64,000 nt of DNA from Planctomicrobium piriforme (GTDB lineage Bacteria; Planctomycetota; Planctomycetia; Planctomycetales; Planctomycetaceae): contig JBEBTF010000001.1 of the NCBI GenBank assembly GCA_040393865.1, positions 7,729 to 71,728 of the forward strand, written 5' to 3'. The notes under the pieces are model-generated. The model saw nothing but the letters and a program-made list of their open reading frames with translations, searched no databases and had not been told where the DNA came from. This document shows, piece after piece, positions 51,110 to 61,779 of this stretch; the first letter of the stretch is position 1, and every line of letters starts with the position of its first letter. The translations under genes and the position numbers were made by a program.

Positions 51110-51856
51110 CTGCGTGCAGCTTTGATTGATCCAGTCAATTGTCGAGTTGCTATGCAGCAGTCGGAGGACGGCTGGATCTCGCGTTCCTGAAACTCTGCAT
51201 TGTTTCTGAGTTTGCTCCAGGCAGTGGAGCTTTTGACCATATTCTCGTGATCGCCGTGCATCTGCTTTTTTGCGTGTTGAGGCCGTCTTGGTTGGTTGTC
51301 TAGCCGGACAGCGGCTTCCTCGGTAGAAGAAAATCCGAATACTGCGTGTTAAGCACGCCAAGTTATTTCGCGAACCGCTCTGTTAGAAGATGCGGCACGG
51401 GCGAGTTTCGCTTCGATGGCGTCTGGTGTTCCCTCACAACCTCGTATTCTGTGCGACACGGATGTGGAGCCGGGAGCAGCTGAAGTCAGCAGTTTCTTTC
51501 GGATTTCTGTTGCGATTTCTCAAAAAAGAACGCATTCCTAACGTTGAGAACGCTGGGTGGGAGCCTTTATTGGTCGTGTGGGAAGTTAGCACGAAAATGC
51601 AAGTCACCCTGCAGGAATCTTCGATGGTGAGACAGGTTGCGTATTTTCCTGCTTCTGCTGGGTGAGTGTTGCGGGTGAAGATATCGATATTTTCGTAGCT
51701 TTGAATCGGGGTGAAATAGCGGAATATGCAAACTCACCTTTGAGAATTCGTAATTCGTTTGATAGACTCTGGCAGATCGTCCGAGCTGCGCCGCAAAGAG
51801 GAATCGCCCTCCCGGCAGACAAGGACGACGCTACAAGCAAGTCAGGTTAGAGAGCA

Positions 51857-52222
51857 ATGGAATCGAAATTGTATGTGGGCAACCTGTCCTACAACACATC
51901 TGAAGACGATCTGCGAGATCTCTTCAGCCAGGCAGGCAACGTAAAAAGTGTCGCTTTGATTAAAGACCGTGAAACAGGCCGGTCAAAAGGGTTTGCCTTC
52001 GTCGAAATGAACTCCGACGATGACGCACAGAAAGCAATCGACCAGTTCCATGGTCAGCAGTTCCAGACTCGTACTCTGACTGTCAACATTGCTCGTCCAC
52101 GTGAAGAGCGTCCACGCGGCAGCTTCGGCGGCGGCGGTGGGGGCGGCGGCGGTGGACGCGGCGGTCGTGATGGCGGCGGGCGTGGTGGACGCGATGGCGG
52201 CCGACCAGGTCGTGATTGGTAA
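51857..52222 (+). CDS. RRM-domain RNA-binding protein with Gly/Arg-rich tail
   Basis: RNP2 LYVGNL, RNP1 KGFAFVEM, LTVNIAR, RGG repeats. Confidence 0.96.
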   Translation: MESKLYVGNLSYNTSEDDLRDLFSQAGNVKSVALIKDRETGRSKGFAFVEMNSDDDAQKAIDQFHGQQFQTRTLTVNIARPREERPRGSFGGGGGGGGGGRGGRDGGGRGGRDGGRPGRDW

Positions 52223-52632
52223 TTTTCGCCCAGCGTACAATTTGTGATTCTGAAGGCTGCGGGCAGTTTGTACATTAGTTACTGCTGATCGCAGCCAGCT
52301 CTTCCCCGCCTGAGTTGTGGCTCCGCATTTTTTGTGTGGTTCCTCTGGGGTGGTGGGTGTCAGTGTTGCAGTTGAGATGACGAATGGGCCGTTCGTCGTT
52401 GTTCGCAATGTGTTTGGTGAATTGATAGACGTGGATTTGTTTAGATGAATCCATGTCATCGTTCTTGGTTTCCCTTGCGTTTCGTGTGGAACTAAATGCT
52501 CCACGGGGGCGTTGGGGAGATTGTAGGTTGAAAGTGCACCGCTGTCGGAATTTCTATTTGTGTCCGCTATGTCCCTTTGAGGAATAACGCGGTCAACGGT
52601 CGCGGTGTTTTCTACTTTCTGGTTTTCGCTCG

Positions 52633-53367
52633 ATGATCCTCCTCGGTTCTCAATCCCCACGCCGGATGGAACTCCTCTCCAGGATCGTTTCTGCTGAGCG
52701 AGTTTATGTGATTCCTTCTGAATCTGAGCTTGAGTCCGGTTTCGACGGGCTCCGTTGTACTGAAGAAATCTCTTCGCAAATTCTCTCAATTGCCGCAACA
52801 AAAAGAGATAACGTTTTAGGTCAGCTTGGTCTCTCTCTGGCCCCTGTAACTCCCGGTTGCCACCATGCGGAAAGACTGACGTTAGTGTCGGATGGTGGTG
52901 GGGTGATCACCGATTCTCCATCACTGAGTCGTCGCTCGCGGGAATGGCAGGCCTTGGTTACTGCTGATACCGTTGTCGTTGCGAGTGATTCGGAGCAAAA
53001 CGCTGTCGTCTTAGGGAAGCCTGACGGTCCTGAATGGGAAGAAACGGTTCGTCGGTGGTTTATGGAGTACTACTCAGGCCGCGAACATCAGGTGATGACT
53101 GGTGTTTGTATGCTGGCCAGAGATGGTCGGTTTCGTGCCTTCTGCGTGCACACAAACATCCGATTTCGAACGATTTCTTTGCCACTACTGCGTTGGTACA
53201 TCGAAACACGCGAACCACTTGGCAAAGCTGGCGGATATGGTTTGCAAGGGGCGGGGGAACTGTTTGTTGAGTCAATTCACGGAAGTTCCAGCAACGTGAT
53301 CGGCCTTCCACTGGAACCTGTATGGCAGACTCTTTTTGACTGGAACTTGCTAGATACGATCAAATGA
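52633..53367 (+). CDS. maf: Maf-family nucleoside triphosphate pyrophosphatase
   Basis: LGSQSPRRMELL, TADTVV, LGKP, GKAGGYGLQG, GSSSNVIGLP. Confidence 0.9.
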   Translation: MILLGSQSPRRMELLSRIVSAERVYVIPSESELESGFDGLRCTEEISSQILSIAATKRDNVLGQLGLSLAPVTPGCHHAERLTLVSDGGGVITDSPSLSRRSREWQALVTADTVVVASDSEQNAVVLGKPDGPEWEETVRRWFMEYYSGREHQVMTGVCMLARDGRFRAFCVHTNIRFRTISLPLLRWYIETREPLGKAGGYGLQGAGELFVESIHGSSSNVIGLPLEPVWQTLFDWNLLDTIK

Positions 53368-53783
53368 GTATCGAACAGAGGGGAATGCTTACCAGCGGTC
53401 TATGTTTGGTCGATTCCCGTGATGGGGACGATCTCGTAATCCTGGATTGAATTTTAGGGTCGGGTGAGAGCAGCTCCTGGAAAAATAAAACATGTCTGCC
53501 ATGTGGTATTCCGTTTTTTCTTCTGTCGACATAGCTGCGAGGTCGGATAGCAGACGGAGACGGTCTGGTCACTGGTTGTGGCGTGCTGACATTCGCTAAA
53601 TTGAACCGGCACTGTTCAGAGGCTTTCCAAGTTCAGTCTCGTCAGTGGTTTCAGGCCTGTGATGACACATTCTGCACTGGTGGTGACTTGGAGTTTGGGG
53701 CTTGCTGGTCCCAAAGCCGCCGTAGGTTCCGATCAGGCAAGCTGAATTTTGATTTTGGATTTGTTCACGTCATTGAGAGAAGC

Positions 53784-54656
53784 ATGACAGCAAAATTGAT
53801 CGACGGAAAAGCGACTGCAGCAAATTTGAACGCTCAGCTTGCGGAGAAGGTTGCAGAGTTTGAAGCTAGAACTGGCGTCAAACCTCATCTGGCGGCAATT
53901 CTTGTTGGCGATGATCCTGCCAGTGCTGTCTATGTGCGAAACAAACAACGTGCCTGTGCAACTGCTGGCATGCAGAGCACTTTACACCGCCTGAGTGGAG
54001 AGACGACTCAAGTCGAACTGCTCGGACTCATTGCCCAATTGAACGCAGATCCAACCGTTCACGGCATTCTTGTGCAACTTCCGTTGCCGTCTGGAATCGA
54101 TGAGACCACCGTGCTCGATTCCGTTACTCCACTAAAAGATGTCGACTGCTTCCATCCGGAGAACGTCGGGCTGATGGTGCAGGGACGCCCCCGTTTTCTT
54201 CCGTGTACTCCAGCGGGATGTCAGTATCTGATTACGAATTCTGGTTTCGATACTCGCGGAAAGCATGCGGTCGTCATTGGTCGAAGTGAGATTGTCGGAA
54301 AACCGATGGGGATGATGCTTGTTCAGAAGGGGATGGGGGCTGATGCAACGGTGACGATTGCACACAGTCGCACAGCAAATCTGGCGGAAATCACCAGACA
54401 GGCGGATCTGTTGATCGCAGCGGTTGGCCGTCCGATGACCGTGACAGCTGATATGGTCAAACCGGGCGCATGTGTCATCGATGTTGGCACCAATCGAGTC
54501 GACAATAAACTTGTTGGTGATGTCGATTTTGATGCGGTCAAAGAAGTTGCTGGCTGGATTACACCAGTTCCAGGGGGCGTTGGCCCGATGACCATTGCAA
54601 TGCTGATGGAAAATACATTGACAGCTGCCCGACACCAGACGGGTGAGTTGTCGTAA
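53784..54656 (+). CDS. folD: bifunctional methylenetetrahydrofolate dehydrogenase/cyclohydrolase
   Basis: MTAKLIDGK, YVRNK, GILVQLPLP, KDVDCFHP, PCTPAG, TPVPGGVGPMT. Confidence 0.98.
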   Translation: MTAKLIDGKATAANLNAQLAEKVAEFEARTGVKPHLAAILVGDDPASAVYVRNKQRACATAGMQSTLHRLSGETTQVELLGLIAQLNADPTVHGILVQLPLPSGIDETTVLDSVTPLKDVDCFHPENVGLMVQGRPRFLPCTPAGCQYLITNSGFDTRGKHAVVIGRSEIVGKPMGMMLVQKGMGADATVTIAHSRTANLAEITRQADLLIAAVGRPMTVTADMVKPGACVIDVGTNRVDNKLVGDVDFDAVKEVAGWITPVPGGVGPMTIAMLMENTLTAARHQTGELS

Positions 54657-54707
54657 TTTCAAATGGACTTTTGCAGGGGCGGCATCGTGGTGGTGTTGTC
54701 CCTGTTT

Positions 54708-55823
54708 TTATTTCGCCCAGGCTGGGACGTCACTGGCAACTTGCGGCATGCCCGTTGGTCGTTTGCTTTTTTTCTCGTCCGACGGAAGTGCCCAGTCATC
54801 GCTTTCAGAGGAATTGACGAGTTGGATCGTAGCTGCTTTGGCGGTCTCTTTAGAAAGTGATTCTGCAATTGGATTTGCTGGAAGTCCTTTGACCATTCCT
54901 CGAAGCTGACCCGAATTTTGTCGCGCTAACTGGCCGATATCGACGACCGGGCCGTGATTGGGAAGTTGCCAGATCGCTGTGTTATTCGCCAATGAAGGGG
55001 AATTGATCTCTGGATTGCGGATGTCCATTGTCATCTGCATCCGAGCGTCGGGCCATTCCAGCCGGATCGACATTGGCAAATGGGTGCCGTCGGGCAGAGT
55101 CGTGTACCGGTCCATTTTTGCTCTGGCGAGGACTTTCCCCCCGGGCAATCGCAGTTGATGCTCTTGAACACAACCAGTTTGAATGCTGACTCGAACGATT
55201 CGTTCAACGTCGTTTCCGAGTGTTGAGGCCTCAGTCGAAACAAGATCGATGGTGCCACTTTGAAGATTGGCTGGTTGAATCTCGAAGTCGCTTTCATTCA
55301 GCGGCATCACTCCGAAAACTTCCATCAGCCAGAGAGGGTGGATGTGAACCGGCATCTGAAGTTCCTGCAATGCCAGCCCGATATCATCGTGTGATGATGT
55401 CATCACTTGCGGCATTTCCTTGGACCAGATCCAGAAGCGTTCGTGATTCGATCCGATATCGACTTCCTGTCCGCCAGAAAGAGGATTGGAGACAAGAAGA
55501 CGGAAGTTGCTAGGGGCCTCGACGGCAATTGAGGCCGGCAATGCAATCGGGACACCTTCGACGTGAAGTTTTACGTTACCTGATCGCCATGATTTCAGTG
55601 CAGAATGTTCTGAGGTCGAAACCAGATTACGGTTCAGATGGGCAATGACTTCAGGTTTAGATGATGTGACGGTGAGGACTGGTGCTGGTTTTTTGCTTGT
55701 CAGGTTGGCCCCCCAGCGGTGGGTTGCACATCCATTCAACAGGGAGACCGTGAGCAGGAACATTCCTGCTGCAACGGCGATGCCGTGAAGTGACTGGCTG
55801 GTTTTCATATTGCGAGTCCTCAC
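54708..55823 (-). CDS. hypothetical lipoprotein
   Basis: Lipobox LLNGC; beta-rich body (EVDIGSNHERFWIW); GTGA overlap with the upstream gene. Confidence 0.75.
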   Translation of the reverse strand: MRTRNMKTSQSLHGIAVAAGMFLLTVSLLNGCATHRWGANLTSKKPAPVLTVTSSKPEVIAHLNRNLVSTSEHSALKSWRSGNVKLHVEGVPIALPASIAVEAPSNFRLLVSNPLSGGQEVDIGSNHERFWIWSKEMPQVMTSSHDDIGLALQELQMPVHIHPLWLMEVFGVMPLNESDFEIQPANLQSGTIDLVSTEASTLGNDVERIVRVSIQTGCVQEHQLRLPGGKVLARAKMDRYTTLPDGTHLPMSIRLEWPDARMQMTMDIRNPEINSPSLANNTAIWQLPNHGPVVDIGQLARQNSGQLRGMVKGLPANPIAESLSKETAKAATIQLVNSSESDDWALPSDEKKSKRPTGMPQVASDVPAWAK

Positions 55824-56314
55824 GCAGCTTCCCAGCCACTGTTGATTTGGTGAGTGAGTGCCCGGCGCAGTTCTGAAATTTCGGACTCAGACAGTTGCTG
55901 GTCGCGGATTAAAAAGGGGCCCTCACCGCGCGATCCAGATAGCTCCAGGAATTCCACGTCGTCTACATTCTGAGTGCCGTCAAGACGCAGGCGTCGTTTC
56001 TGCAGCAGTGATAATGCAATCACATAACACAATTTTTCCTGAGCTGGATTGGGCGATTCCACCAGTTGCTCAAGAGTTTTCAGCAGAACTTCAGGATCGG
56101 TAACGGATGCTGTTTGGGCCTCTGGAAAAGGAACCTGGCATCGCCAGTGTCCCAAGGCACCTTCGGGAACTCCCTGCCAGCCTTCTTCGCTGAAGTCGAG
56201 ACGTTCCTGCTGGCCTTCTTTTTCAATCAGCACGGAATAGCAGATCGCCCCGGGAACCAGAGGTTTTCCGGTTCCGGCACAGGTTTTCGTAATTGGGCGA
56301 AATCGATAGTCCAT
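55820..56314 (-). CDS. hypothetical protein
   Basis: Globular ORF (CAGTGKPL..YSVL..RLDFSEEGW..LLQKRRLRL), translationally coupled to the lipoprotein. Confidence 0.75.
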   Translation of the reverse strand: MDYRFRPITKTCAGTGKPLVPGAICYSVLIEKEGQQERLDFSEEGWQGVPEGALGHWRCQVPFPEAQTASVTDPEVLLKTLEQLVESPNPAQEKLCYVIALSLLQKRRLRLDGTQNVDDVEFLELSGSRGEGPFLIRDQQLSESEISELRRALTHQINSGWEAA

Positions 56315-56728
56315 GCGACTCGTGAAGCGCGAGCTAATCTATGTCTTTGGCTTTCAAAGATGACCGTCACTCAAAACCGTGGGTAAACAACAGTTCGGAG
56401 ACATCCTAAATCGAATTTCGACTTTGCCTCAAGATGAATTTTGTGTCAGGCGTGCGTTTCGATGTGTTTGTAAGTGCCTTTTAATTCGAGAGATAGGGCA
56501 TTGTGTTGCGTCACTGGAAGTTGGTGAAGCAAATTTGAGTGGATTGCAGGCGAAGAAGGAACCTCTTTGGGGTTACGCAACTCCCCTAGTTTGACTTGAA
56601 GGTGAATTCACTTTCCGGAACTCCGGTGTTCTCTCAAGTAAGAGGAAGGTGAAGTTCGAAACCGGGTTTTCGCGTTCGAAATCGGACTCGTCAGTTCGAA
56701 AGACGGGTCTACAATTCGGCAAGAGGAA

Positions 56729-57502
56729 ATGGAGGGAGCAATGCGAATCCAATGGCCCGGCTTCGAATTGAAAGATCCACCATCAGCAAAGGGCACTGTT
56801 GTCCTGTTGCACGGTCTCGGGGCGTCAAGCTGGCTGTTGGCCTTGCTTGCCCGACGGTTGAGACAGCAGGGATACCGCGTCGAAAACTGGGGATATTACA
56901 GCGTACGTCAGTCCTTAGAACTGTTGATCCCACAGTTCCAGTCGCGATTCGAAGTGTTGCATAAGTCGATTGGGAATAGCGAAGGGGGGCTGTATATCGT
57001 AGCCCATAGCTTGGGATCGATTATTACCAGAGCGGTACTGGCAGAAGTCGAAATGCCACGGTTGCAACGTGTGGTCATGCTGTCGCCACCAAATCGTGGA
57101 TCACATTTCGCAACGAAAGTGGGGCCTTACCTGAAGTGGTGGACCCCGCTTGTCGACGAACTGTCAGATCGCGAAGACAGTTTTGTGAATCGACTCCAAG
57201 GGAAGATGCCAGCGAATCTGGAGCTGGGGATTATCGCAGCAGAGTGGGATTATGTCCTCACGGAGATGACGACGCATCTCGAATGCGAAGTTGATCACAT
57301 TACGGTCCCAAGCCGACATACCGGCTTGGTTCTTCGCCAGAGTGCTGCCCAGCAGATTCTCCACTTCCTCGAACATGGAAGGTTTCATCACAGTCCATGT
57401 CTGATCTGCGAGTCCGGTTCAATCGCAGAGTCTGAACTGGTCGCGAACCTTGCGACGGAACTGGGATCTGATGGGCACAACGAGATCCGCGCTGTCGAGT
57501 GA
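56729..57502 (+). CDS. alpha/beta hydrolase (lipase/esterase-like)
   Basis: VLLHGLG, nucleophile elbow AHSLG, LSPPNRGS. Confidence 0.88.
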   Translation: MEGAMRIQWPGFELKDPPSAKGTVVLLHGLGASSWLLALLARRLRQQGYRVENWGYYSVRQSLELLIPQFQSRFEVLHKSIGNSEGGLYIVAHSLGSIITRAVLAEVEMPRLQRVVMLSPPNRGSHFATKVGPYLKWWTPLVDELSDREDSFVNRLQGKMPANLELGIIAAEWDYVLTEMTTHLECEVDHITVPSRHTGLVLRQSAAQQILHFLEHGRFHHSPCLICESGSIAESELVANLATELGSDGHNEIRAVE

Positions 57503-57535
57503 TGCCGATCCGACTTGCCAAAGAGACAGATCGGT

Positions 57536-58486
57536 CTAATTCACTTTGGACTCAGTTTCGGCTTGTGCAACAACGGTCGTGCAGAAGTTGTGTCGACGGA
57601 GAAAATCCACTGCTTTAGGGAAGACTTCAACGCAGTCTGTATGGCCGCCGGAAAGTGAAATTAATTCTGATGACGGGTTGGCGCTGTGGAGTTGCTCCGC
57701 ATGGAAGTAAGGAAGCAACTCGTCACGGTCTCCATGCAGGATCAGCATGGGGACATTCAGGTTTGGAACAACTTCGAGGTTGTTGAACGTATTCGTGATG
57801 AAGTAGGAGAACGGACCAAATCGTGGTTTGGCCGCATTGGTGATGGAACTGAAAGTCGATTCCAGCACAATCGCATTGAACTTGCGCTCGCGAGCCAACG
57901 CACAGATCGCGCCTCCACCGAGTGCGCGACCGTAACCAATCACGCGACTGGCATCGATCCCTGGTTGTTGAATCGCCCAATCGTATGCAGCAACTTGTGA
58001 TTGCTGAATGGCTTTCTCTGAAGCGACGCCGACAGAACGACCGTATCCGGGATATTCCGCCAACAGAACGGCAACACCGTTGCTGCGGAAATCGTCAAAC
58101 TGGTCGACGACAAGATCAATGGCTTTCTTATTGCCGTGGCAATACACCATCAACGGAGCATTCGCGGACGTTGAGTGATTTGTTGGCCGCAGCAAGATCA
58201 CTTCAATCTGTCCTCCCGGCGTGTCGAGTTTCACGAACTCTGCGCGCGGATCAAGAGCCGGAGGAACTGCCGGAACGGGAGGAGCCGGAAAAACAATGGT
58301 TTGTTCAACCGCCGAAATCACCAAAGGTGCGGTGTAAGAGTTCACTGCCAGAAAGCCACCCAGACACAATGCCCAATTCCCGATTCGACGTGAGCCGGTG
58401 GATGTGCGATGTGAGGATGCGTGATCTGCAACTTGCATGGGCACCAATACCATTGAATGATCTTGAATCAAAGCGCCATATGGCAT
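57536..58486 (-). CDS. alpha/beta hydrolase fold protein (ABHD13/Bem46-like) with Ala in place of the catalytic Ser; start uncertain
   Basis: YCHGN, EYPGYGRS, GYGRALGGG, LESTFSS, ILHGDRDELL, GGHTD. Confidence 0.85.
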   Translation of the reverse strand: MPYGALIQDHSMVLVPMQVADHASSHRTSTGSRRIGNWALCLGGFLAVNSYTAPLVISAVEQTIVFPAPPVPAVPPALDPRAEFVKLDTPGGQIEVILLRPTNHSTSANAPLMVYCHGNKKAIDLVVDQFDDFRSNGVAVLLAEYPGYGRSVGVASEKAIQQSQVAAYDWAIQQPGIDASRVIGYGRALGGGAICALARERKFNAIVLESTFSSITNAAKPRFGPFSYFITNTFNNLEVVPNLNVPMLILHGDRDELLPYFHAEQLHSANPSSELISLSGGHTDCVEVFPKAVDFLRRHNFCTTVVAQAETESKVN

Positions 58487-58705
58487 CCCTGCGCCGGTTC
58501 TGCGGCGTCAGTCAGCCTTTGACTTTCCTTGAGAGGAAGCCTCTTTGATTAGTGCCGGGGAGTCGCAAGAGGTGGGATGAACAGCAAGGAAATCTCTTCT
58601 GGAAACCCATTCCTGCTGTGAATCGCACCGGCGGCAACATCAGTCCCTGATGAGGATTGATGGCTGTGGAGAAGGTCGACCCGGTGCATGCGATGAGATC
58701 AATTG

Positions 58706-58750
58706 AAAAAGCAAAAGAGCATGTCTCGCTTACGAAACATGCTCTTTTGG
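58706..58750 (-). terminator. intrinsic terminator after sufD
   Basis: CAAAAGAGCATGT / ACATGCTCTTTTG with an upstream A5 run. Confidence 0.75.
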
Positions 58751-58851
58751 AAGTAGTACTCGTGCTATCGGAAAAGTTTTCCTAGCCGGTTTGTGACACA
58801 AATCTGTTCAGATCGAGTTCTTCGGCAGGGAAACGCTGAGAAAGTGCAGAC

Positions 58852-60168
58852 TTATTCTCCAATTCCGAGCTTGCGTTCGACAGCCTGACTCAGGGTTTCG
58901 CGAACCAGTTCAACTGGAATGCGATCGTAAACCTGTGCGAAAAAGCCTTCCACGATCATGTGCATTGCTTCATATCGGGAGAGCCCGCGACACATGGCGT
59001 AGAAAACCTGTTCTTCGTCGACGCGGCCGGCTGTTGCCCCGTGCGTGCAGCGGACGTCATCGGCTTCGATTTCCAGGCCGGGAATGGCGTCGGATCGAGC
59101 ATCAGCACTCAGCATAAGAGAATCGTTACGCTGATAGCCATCGGTTTTCTGGGCATCAGGATCGACTTTAATCATCCCTCGCCAGACAACACGTGATTTG
59201 TCGCGGCAAACTTCCTTGTACAGCAGATCCGACTTGGTGTCAGGCTGGTGGTGAGTCTGCTGGGTATAGTACGAAAGCAACTGCTTATCGGTGGCGAATG
59301 TCACACCATTGACCTGAGCAGATGCTCCGCGTCCATCGAGGTGGACATCCTGATGGATGTGAGCAAAGCGGCTTCCGAGGGCAGAGACGGTCCACTGCAA
59401 TGTGGAATCGCGACCAACTCGTCCTGACTGATGAGCAAAGTGGCGAACATTCATGTTCCAGTTTTGCAACTGCACATAGCGAAGGTTGGCACCAGCACCG
59501 ATGATCAGTTCCACTGCTCCAACGTGAAGCCCTTCGGTTTCAGTTGACGTTGAAGCCGTTTCTTCCAGCAGCGTGGCTGAAGCTCCATCTTCCAGAATGA
59601 CCAGTGTGTGGCTCAGATCGGTCATCCCGTTCTGCTGCAGCGTGATCAGACTATAGAGTGGAACTTTGACTTCGACATTTCGCGGGACGAAGAGGACGGT
59701 TCCGCCTGTCCAGAATGCGGCGTGCCAAGCTGAGAATCGGTCGGTTGAAGGATCAACAGCGCGAGTGAGGAAGTATGGTTCGAGTTTTTCACGGTGCTCA
59801 ACGAGCAGCTTCGAGAGACTACCGAACAGAACACCCTTCTGTTTCAACTCATCACTCAGCGATTCGGCGACGCAATGGCCATCGACGTGAGTGACGGCGC
59901 CTCCGAATTCTGCGCGGCCTTTCATCAGCGTCGAAACAGCTTCGGCCTGTTCCGGCCGCGGTGCTGTCTGGTACTTCTCCGGGCGGAAAGTCCGCAATTC
60001 CAGTCGGCGGTATTCCTCTGGATCGAGTTCGGTCTTCAGCCGTTCCTGATACAGCGAATAAGCCTGGCGGCGAGCTTCCTGAATCCAGTCCGGTTCCTGT
60101 CTGGTTGCCAGGAAGGCGTCAAAGGCGGCTTGTTGAAAGCCGGAATGTGAAACTGCCATGGAAGCCAT
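58852..60168 (-). CDS. sufD: Fe-S cluster assembly protein SufD
   Basis: SufBD beta-helix; VWRGMIKV, QKTDGYQRNDSLMLS, PGLEIEADDVRCTHGAT, FYAMCRGL. Confidence 0.92.
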   Translation of the reverse strand: MASMAVSHSGFQQAAFDAFLATRQEPDWIQEARRQAYSLYQERLKTELDPEEYRRLELRTFRPEKYQTAPRPEQAEAVSTLMKGRAEFGGAVTHVDGHCVAESLSDELKQKGVLFGSLSKLLVEHREKLEPYFLTRAVDPSTDRFSAWHAAFWTGGTVLFVPRNVEVKVPLYSLITLQQNGMTDLSHTLVILEDGASATLLEETASTSTETEGLHVGAVELIIGAGANLRYVQLQNWNMNVRHFAHQSGRVGRDSTLQWTVSALGSRFAHIHQDVHLDGRGASAQVNGVTFATDKQLLSYYTQQTHHQPDTKSDLLYKEVCRDKSRVVWRGMIKVDPDAQKTDGYQRNDSLMLSADARSDAIPGLEIEADDVRCTHGATAGRVDEEQVFYAMCRGLSRYEAMHMIVEGFFAQVYDRIPVELVRETLSQAVERKLGIGE

Positions 60169-60417
60169 AATTCACTGCCGCAAAATTCGAAGGTCAAAAT
60201 TTGATATCCCTGATGCGGTGCCGACGGACGGAATGAATGGTGTGATTCCAATTCGTCGGCACTGGATCTCAGGGCCTCATCACGCAGTCGGACTCACTGA
60301 GTCGACTGCAATCATCATCCTGAAATTGTACTCGATTGCGACGGGCAAATATTCAATATCTGCAGTGACGCAATGCGGATTCAGGAGATGACTCCGGAAC
60401 TGTCGCGCCTGTTGCGG

Positions 60418-61308
60418 TTAGCTCAGTAATCCGTAGTTCTGCAATGTTACTTTCAGTTTGCCCATGTCAGCAGCGGACAGCTGTGTCAGTGGCAAACGGA
60501 CTTCCCCTGTGTCTCGGCCGAGAAGTTGCATCGCGGCCTTGAGTGGGATTGGATTGGTTGCCAGTCCGAGCATGTCCCGACAAAGCGGAAACAGCTTGTG
60601 ATGGGCTTTCTGGGCAGCTGCGATGTCGCCGCTGTTCCATGCGGAAATCAATGCCATCATGTCTTTCGGGATGATGTTTCCGGCGACAGAAACCACGCCG
60701 CTTCCTCCGATGGAGAGCAGTGGCAATGTCAGCGAATCATCTCCGGAAAGCAGAGTGAGATCGCTTCCGTTCAGGATCTGTGATGCCTGATCGAGTGAGC
60801 CTGTCGCTTCTTTGATCGCGACAATGGTCGGCAGCTCTGCAAGTTTGCAGATCGTGTCCGGTTCCATATTTTTTGCGGTACGACCAGGAATGTTGTACAG
60901 GATGATAGGCAGGTCAACAGATTCGGCAACCGCTTTGAAGTGCTGGTAAAAACCGTCCTGCATTGGCTTGTTGTAGTACGGGGTCACCATCAGGGCGCCG
61001 TCTACTCCGGCATCCTTGGCCCGTTTTGTCAGACGGATCGCTTCGGCGGTCGAGTTTGATCCTGTGCCAGCCATGACCTTGATTCGTCCAGCGGTATGTT
61101 CCGCGACGATTGCGATGACGCGTTCGTGCTCGTCATGGCTCAAAGTCGGGCTTTCGCCTGTGGTTCCGCATGGGCAGATGCAGTGTGTTCCCTGCTCGAC
61201 ATGCCAATCGACCAGTTTACGGAGTGCGTTCTCGTCGACCTGGCCATCTTTGAAGGGCGTGATCAGAGCAACTGTCAAACCAGCGAATTGTTCTCCCTTA
61301 CGGGCCAT
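60418..61308 (-). CDS. dapA: 4-hydroxy-tetrahydrodipicolinate synthase
   Basis: [47 protein letters not shown]. Confidence 0.97.
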   Translation of the reverse strand: MARKGEQFAGLTVALITPFKDGQVDENALRKLVDWHVEQGTHCICPCGTTGESPTLSHDEHERVIAIVAEHTAGRIKVMAGTGSNSTAEAIRLTKRAKDAGVDGALMVTPYYNKPMQDGFYQHFKAVAESVDLPIILYNIPGRTAKNMEPDTICKLAELPTIVAIKEATGSLDQASQILNGSDLTLLSGDDSLTLPLLSIGGSGVVSVAGNIIPKDMMALISAWNSGDIAAAQKAHHKLFPLCRDMLGLATNPIPLKAAMQLLGRDTGEVRLPLTQLSAADMGKLKVTLQNYGLLS

Positions 61309-61779
61309 GACCTTCTCCAGCGCCGCTTCCAGCGGTCAGATTGTCTCGACGAGTGTTTTGATTGTCACAAAAGTGATCTGCAATCAATCTGCAGTGTAGT
61401 GCAGAGATATATTAAGAATGGATTCTAGACGGACTGAATCGGATTCGAAAGTCCTGACAAGGCTGGAACCTGTGAGACGGCAGGTTTCCGAGCGTCTGGC
61501 GGGAGGATAGAATGGAATGCGTTGATGTTTGTTGATTTCCGGAGACAAACTGGGGTGGGGCAAAGAATTCCTTCCAACCAGTCTGGCAAACTGGAAGCAA
61601 CTTTCATTACGCTGGGAGACTGCGCCCGATTTCGGGGCGGAGGTGGTATTCCTGATGTCTTTTGATGCAGTCTCTGTAGATAAAGTGTCATTGATCTGCC
61701 GAGCCCAGGGCGCCCTGCGCGGTTCATGGTTGTATTCATGCCGGCTGATGAATGTAGGTGACTTGCAGGGAGGCATGTG

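Noticed and set aside
51983-52801. 272-aa minus-strand ORF
   Set aside because: It overlaps both the RRM gene and maf on the opposite strand, and its low-complexity end mirrors the Gly-rich tail
58639-58663. CTGATGA in a hairpin loop, suggesting a hammerhead ribozyme
   Set aside because: No stem II followed by GAAA and no three-way junction; it is a simple hairpin
61309-61779. Possible lysine riboswitch upstream of dapA
   Set aside because: No AGAGG-led L-box core or terminator/antiterminator is visible on the minus strand
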